DNA from: Vermamoeba vermiformis
Taxonomy: Eukaryota
DNA: 64,000 nucleotides
Reading direction: 5' to 3'
NCBI GenBank assembly: GCA_045837725.1
Contig: JBEWZL010000095.1
Coordinates: forward strand, 62,001-126,000
How positions within the stretch are numbered: position 1 is the first letter of the stretch; every line of letters begins with the position of its first letter. This document shows, one piece after another, positions 62,364-64,000 of this stretch. The notes below the pieces were generated by a model. That model had not been told where the DNA came from. It saw nothing but the letters and a program-made list of their open reading frames with translations, and did not search any database. The position numbers and the translations under genes are program-made.

Positions 62364-64000
62364 CTACTTGGAGGATGAGGATGAAGAGGAAGATGACGAG
62401 GAGCTCTCTTCGTCCTTGGTGTGCGTGCTCTGTGCGTGGCCATTGCTCTCCGCGTGCACTTCAGTCTTGAGCTCGGTGGTGACGGGCACAGCTGGCTGGA
62501 CTGCACTCTTGTCCTCTTTGTCGCTCTTCTTGTCCTCAGTCTGGGCCTGTGCGTGGTGCTTGTGTTCAGCGACACTCTCGGCCTTGACGTCACTCGTCAC
62601 AGCCTCGCTGCTCTGTTTGACCTCGCTGCTCTGTTTGACCTCGCTGCTCTGTTTTATCTCGCTCTTCACTTCAGCACTCACGGGGACTGCAGGACTGGCA
62701 CTCTTCTTGTCTTTCTTGTCCTTCTTGTCTTTCTTCTTCACCTCGCGCACGGACTCGCGCTTCTCTTTCTTCTCGGCAGCGTCCACTTTGACTTCAGCTT
62801 TCTTCTCTTCCTTGCTCTCTTTGTCTTTCTTCTTCACCTCGCGCACCGACTCGCGCTTGTCTTTGCGCGGTGAGGCCACGCTGTCGTCTTTCTTCTCCTC
62901 GCTCTTCTTGTCCTTCTTCTTCACTTCACGCACGGACTCGCGCTTCTCTTTGCGCGGTGACTTGCTCTCTTTGTCCTTCACTTCCAAGGTCGCGTCTTGT
63001 TTCACAGCGGCCTCCGTCTTGGCCTCGGTGCTCTTTGTCTCCTTCTTGCTCTTGCTCTTGGGACTCTTGGCACTCTTCTTGTCTTGCTCCTCGTCGCTCT
63101 TGTTCAGCTTGTCAGTCTTGCCTGCAGGACGCGGACTCAGCACTTTGGGCTCCTTCTTGCTCGTGCTGGTGCTGGGCACTGCAGCCACAGACATGGCACG
63201 TGCGCGCGTGCTGTTGTCCTCCTCCGACCACTCCTCCGAGCTGATCGAGTCGCGCTCGTTGGCTGGACGCGTGGGATCGTGCACCAACTTGCGCAACATG
63301 AAGTAGCGGAATCGCTTGGCGTAGTAGTCAGCGCGCACCGTGGAGAGTGTGGCCTCGTCCCAGACTATCTTCTTGAGCAGATTGGCGACCTTCTTCTTGA
63401 GCACGTAGGAGGTGAGGCAGTCGATGATGCCGATGAAGTAGATCTCTTGCTTCTGATCGCTCGGATTCGTGCCCACAAAGCCACCGAGCTCAAACACGTC
63501 TTGCACTGGCGCTGCGGTCTCTTTTTTGGGCTCGTCGTGCGCGGTGTTGTCCGTCTTCGCGTCCTCTTGCTTGCTGGCATCTTTCTTGCTGGCATCTTTC
63601 TTGGCCTCGTTGTCGCTCTTCTTCTCGTCACTCTGCTTGTCCTCTGGCTTCTTGTCCTCAGTCTGAGCAGCATCCTTCTTGTCGTCTGCTTTCTTGTCGT
63701 CGTCTTTCTTGTCGCTCGCGGAGCTCGAGGACGAAGAGGACGAAGAGGAGCTGGATGAACTGCGTGACTTGGTGACAGCTGTCTCGCTCTTGACTTGATT
63801 GGTGTTGTTGGGCTGTTCTGCGCTCGATGTGCTCGAGTGGTGCGTGGCTTCAGGGGACTGCTTGGACGCGTCCTTGGTGCTGTTGTCCTTATGATTGCTG
63901 TCCTTATGATTGCCGTCCTTAGTGTCGTGCACTTGGCGCTCCTGATCCGTGACGTAGTGCACACCGACCAGCAGCGAGTAGTCCATCACGTTGTGCTTCA
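62364..64000 (-). CDS. Phosphatidylinositol-phosphate kinase (PIPK) C-terminal part; gene starts beyond the right edge
   Basis: Motifs MDYSLLVGVH, YFIGIIDCLTSY..KKKVAN and LSTV...YAKRF; Lys/Glu/Ser-rich insert and tail. Confidence 0.92.
   Translation of the reverse strand, partial: KHNVMDYSLLVGVHYVTDQERQVHDTKDGNHKDSNHKDNSTKDASKQSPEATHHSSTSSAEQPNNTNQVKSETAVTKSRSSSSSSSSSSSSSSASDKKDDDKKADDKKDAAQTEDKKPEDKQSDEKKSDNEAKKDASKKDASKQEDAKTDNTAHDEPKKETAAPVQDVFELGGFVGTNPSDQKQEIYFIGIIDCLTSYVLKKKVANLLKKIVWDEATLSTVRADYYAKRFRYFMLRKLVHDPTRPANERDSISSEEWSEEDNSTRARAMSVAAVPSTSTSKKEPKVLSPRPAGKTDKLNKSDEEQDKKSAKSPKSKSKKETKSTEAKTEAAVKQDATLEVKDKESKSPRKEKRESVREVKKKDKKSEEKKDDSVASPRKDKRESVREVKKKDKESKEEKKAEVKVDAAEKKEKRESVREVKKKDKKDKKDKKSASPAVPVSAEVKSEIKQSSEVKQSSEVKQSSEAVTSDVKAESVAEHKHHAQAQTEDKKSDKEDKSAVQPAVPVTTELKTEVHAESNGHAQSTHTKDEESSSSSSSSSSSSK
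62603..62955 (-). repeat. Coding tandem repeats in the PIPK tail
   Basis: An 18-bp unit (EVKQSS) occurs about three times near 62603-62664. K(E/D)KRESVREVKKKDK occurs three times. Confidence 0.8.

Noticed and set aside
1-64000. tRNA, rRNA, CRISPR arrays, transposases or telomeric repeats
   Set aside because: None were recognised by eye. Small ncRNAs such as intronic snoRNAs cannot be excluded without covariance-model searches.

Overview
Compact, intron-rich eukaryotic nuclear DNA, most consistent with a free-living protist and possibly amoebozoan (inference only). It has short GT-AG introns, AT-rich introns and intergenic regions, and several head-to-head gene pairs only about 110-270 bp apart. 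About 29 protein-coding genes were reconstructed by hand-splicing: a partial RasGEF-like gene, DTWD1-like, an F-box propeller protein, a ubiquitin-like protein, a divergent actin, two convergent Rab-like GTPases, two convergent signal-peptide catalases, an RIIa-domain protein, vWA, an MFS/Nodulin-like transporter, RCC1-RhoGAP, two orphan genes, an MDR oxidoreductase, DH-PH RhoGEF, XRN, RhoGDI, Kelch-pseudoUSP, KCTD-BTB, a putative mitochondrial protein, NOP2, RAD17, VPS36, CXIP4-like, SSX2IP-like, RICTOR, HAUS1, a kinesin fusion and a partial PIP kinase. No tRNA, rRNA, CRISPR array or transposase was seen. Top leads: (1) a kinesin motor in one continuous spliced frame with a TM helix, an HPD J-domain, Cys-rich repeats and a DNAJC16-like region; (2) an inverted catalase pair, one secreted and one TM-anchored, with patchwork intron identity; (3) an actin lacking H73, Q137 and H161 whose promoter and exon 1 are bracketed by a perfect 33-bp inverted repeat; (4) strong enrichment of TGACACGTGTCA and CACGTG. 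All family calls rest on motif recognition from memory, without database searches.
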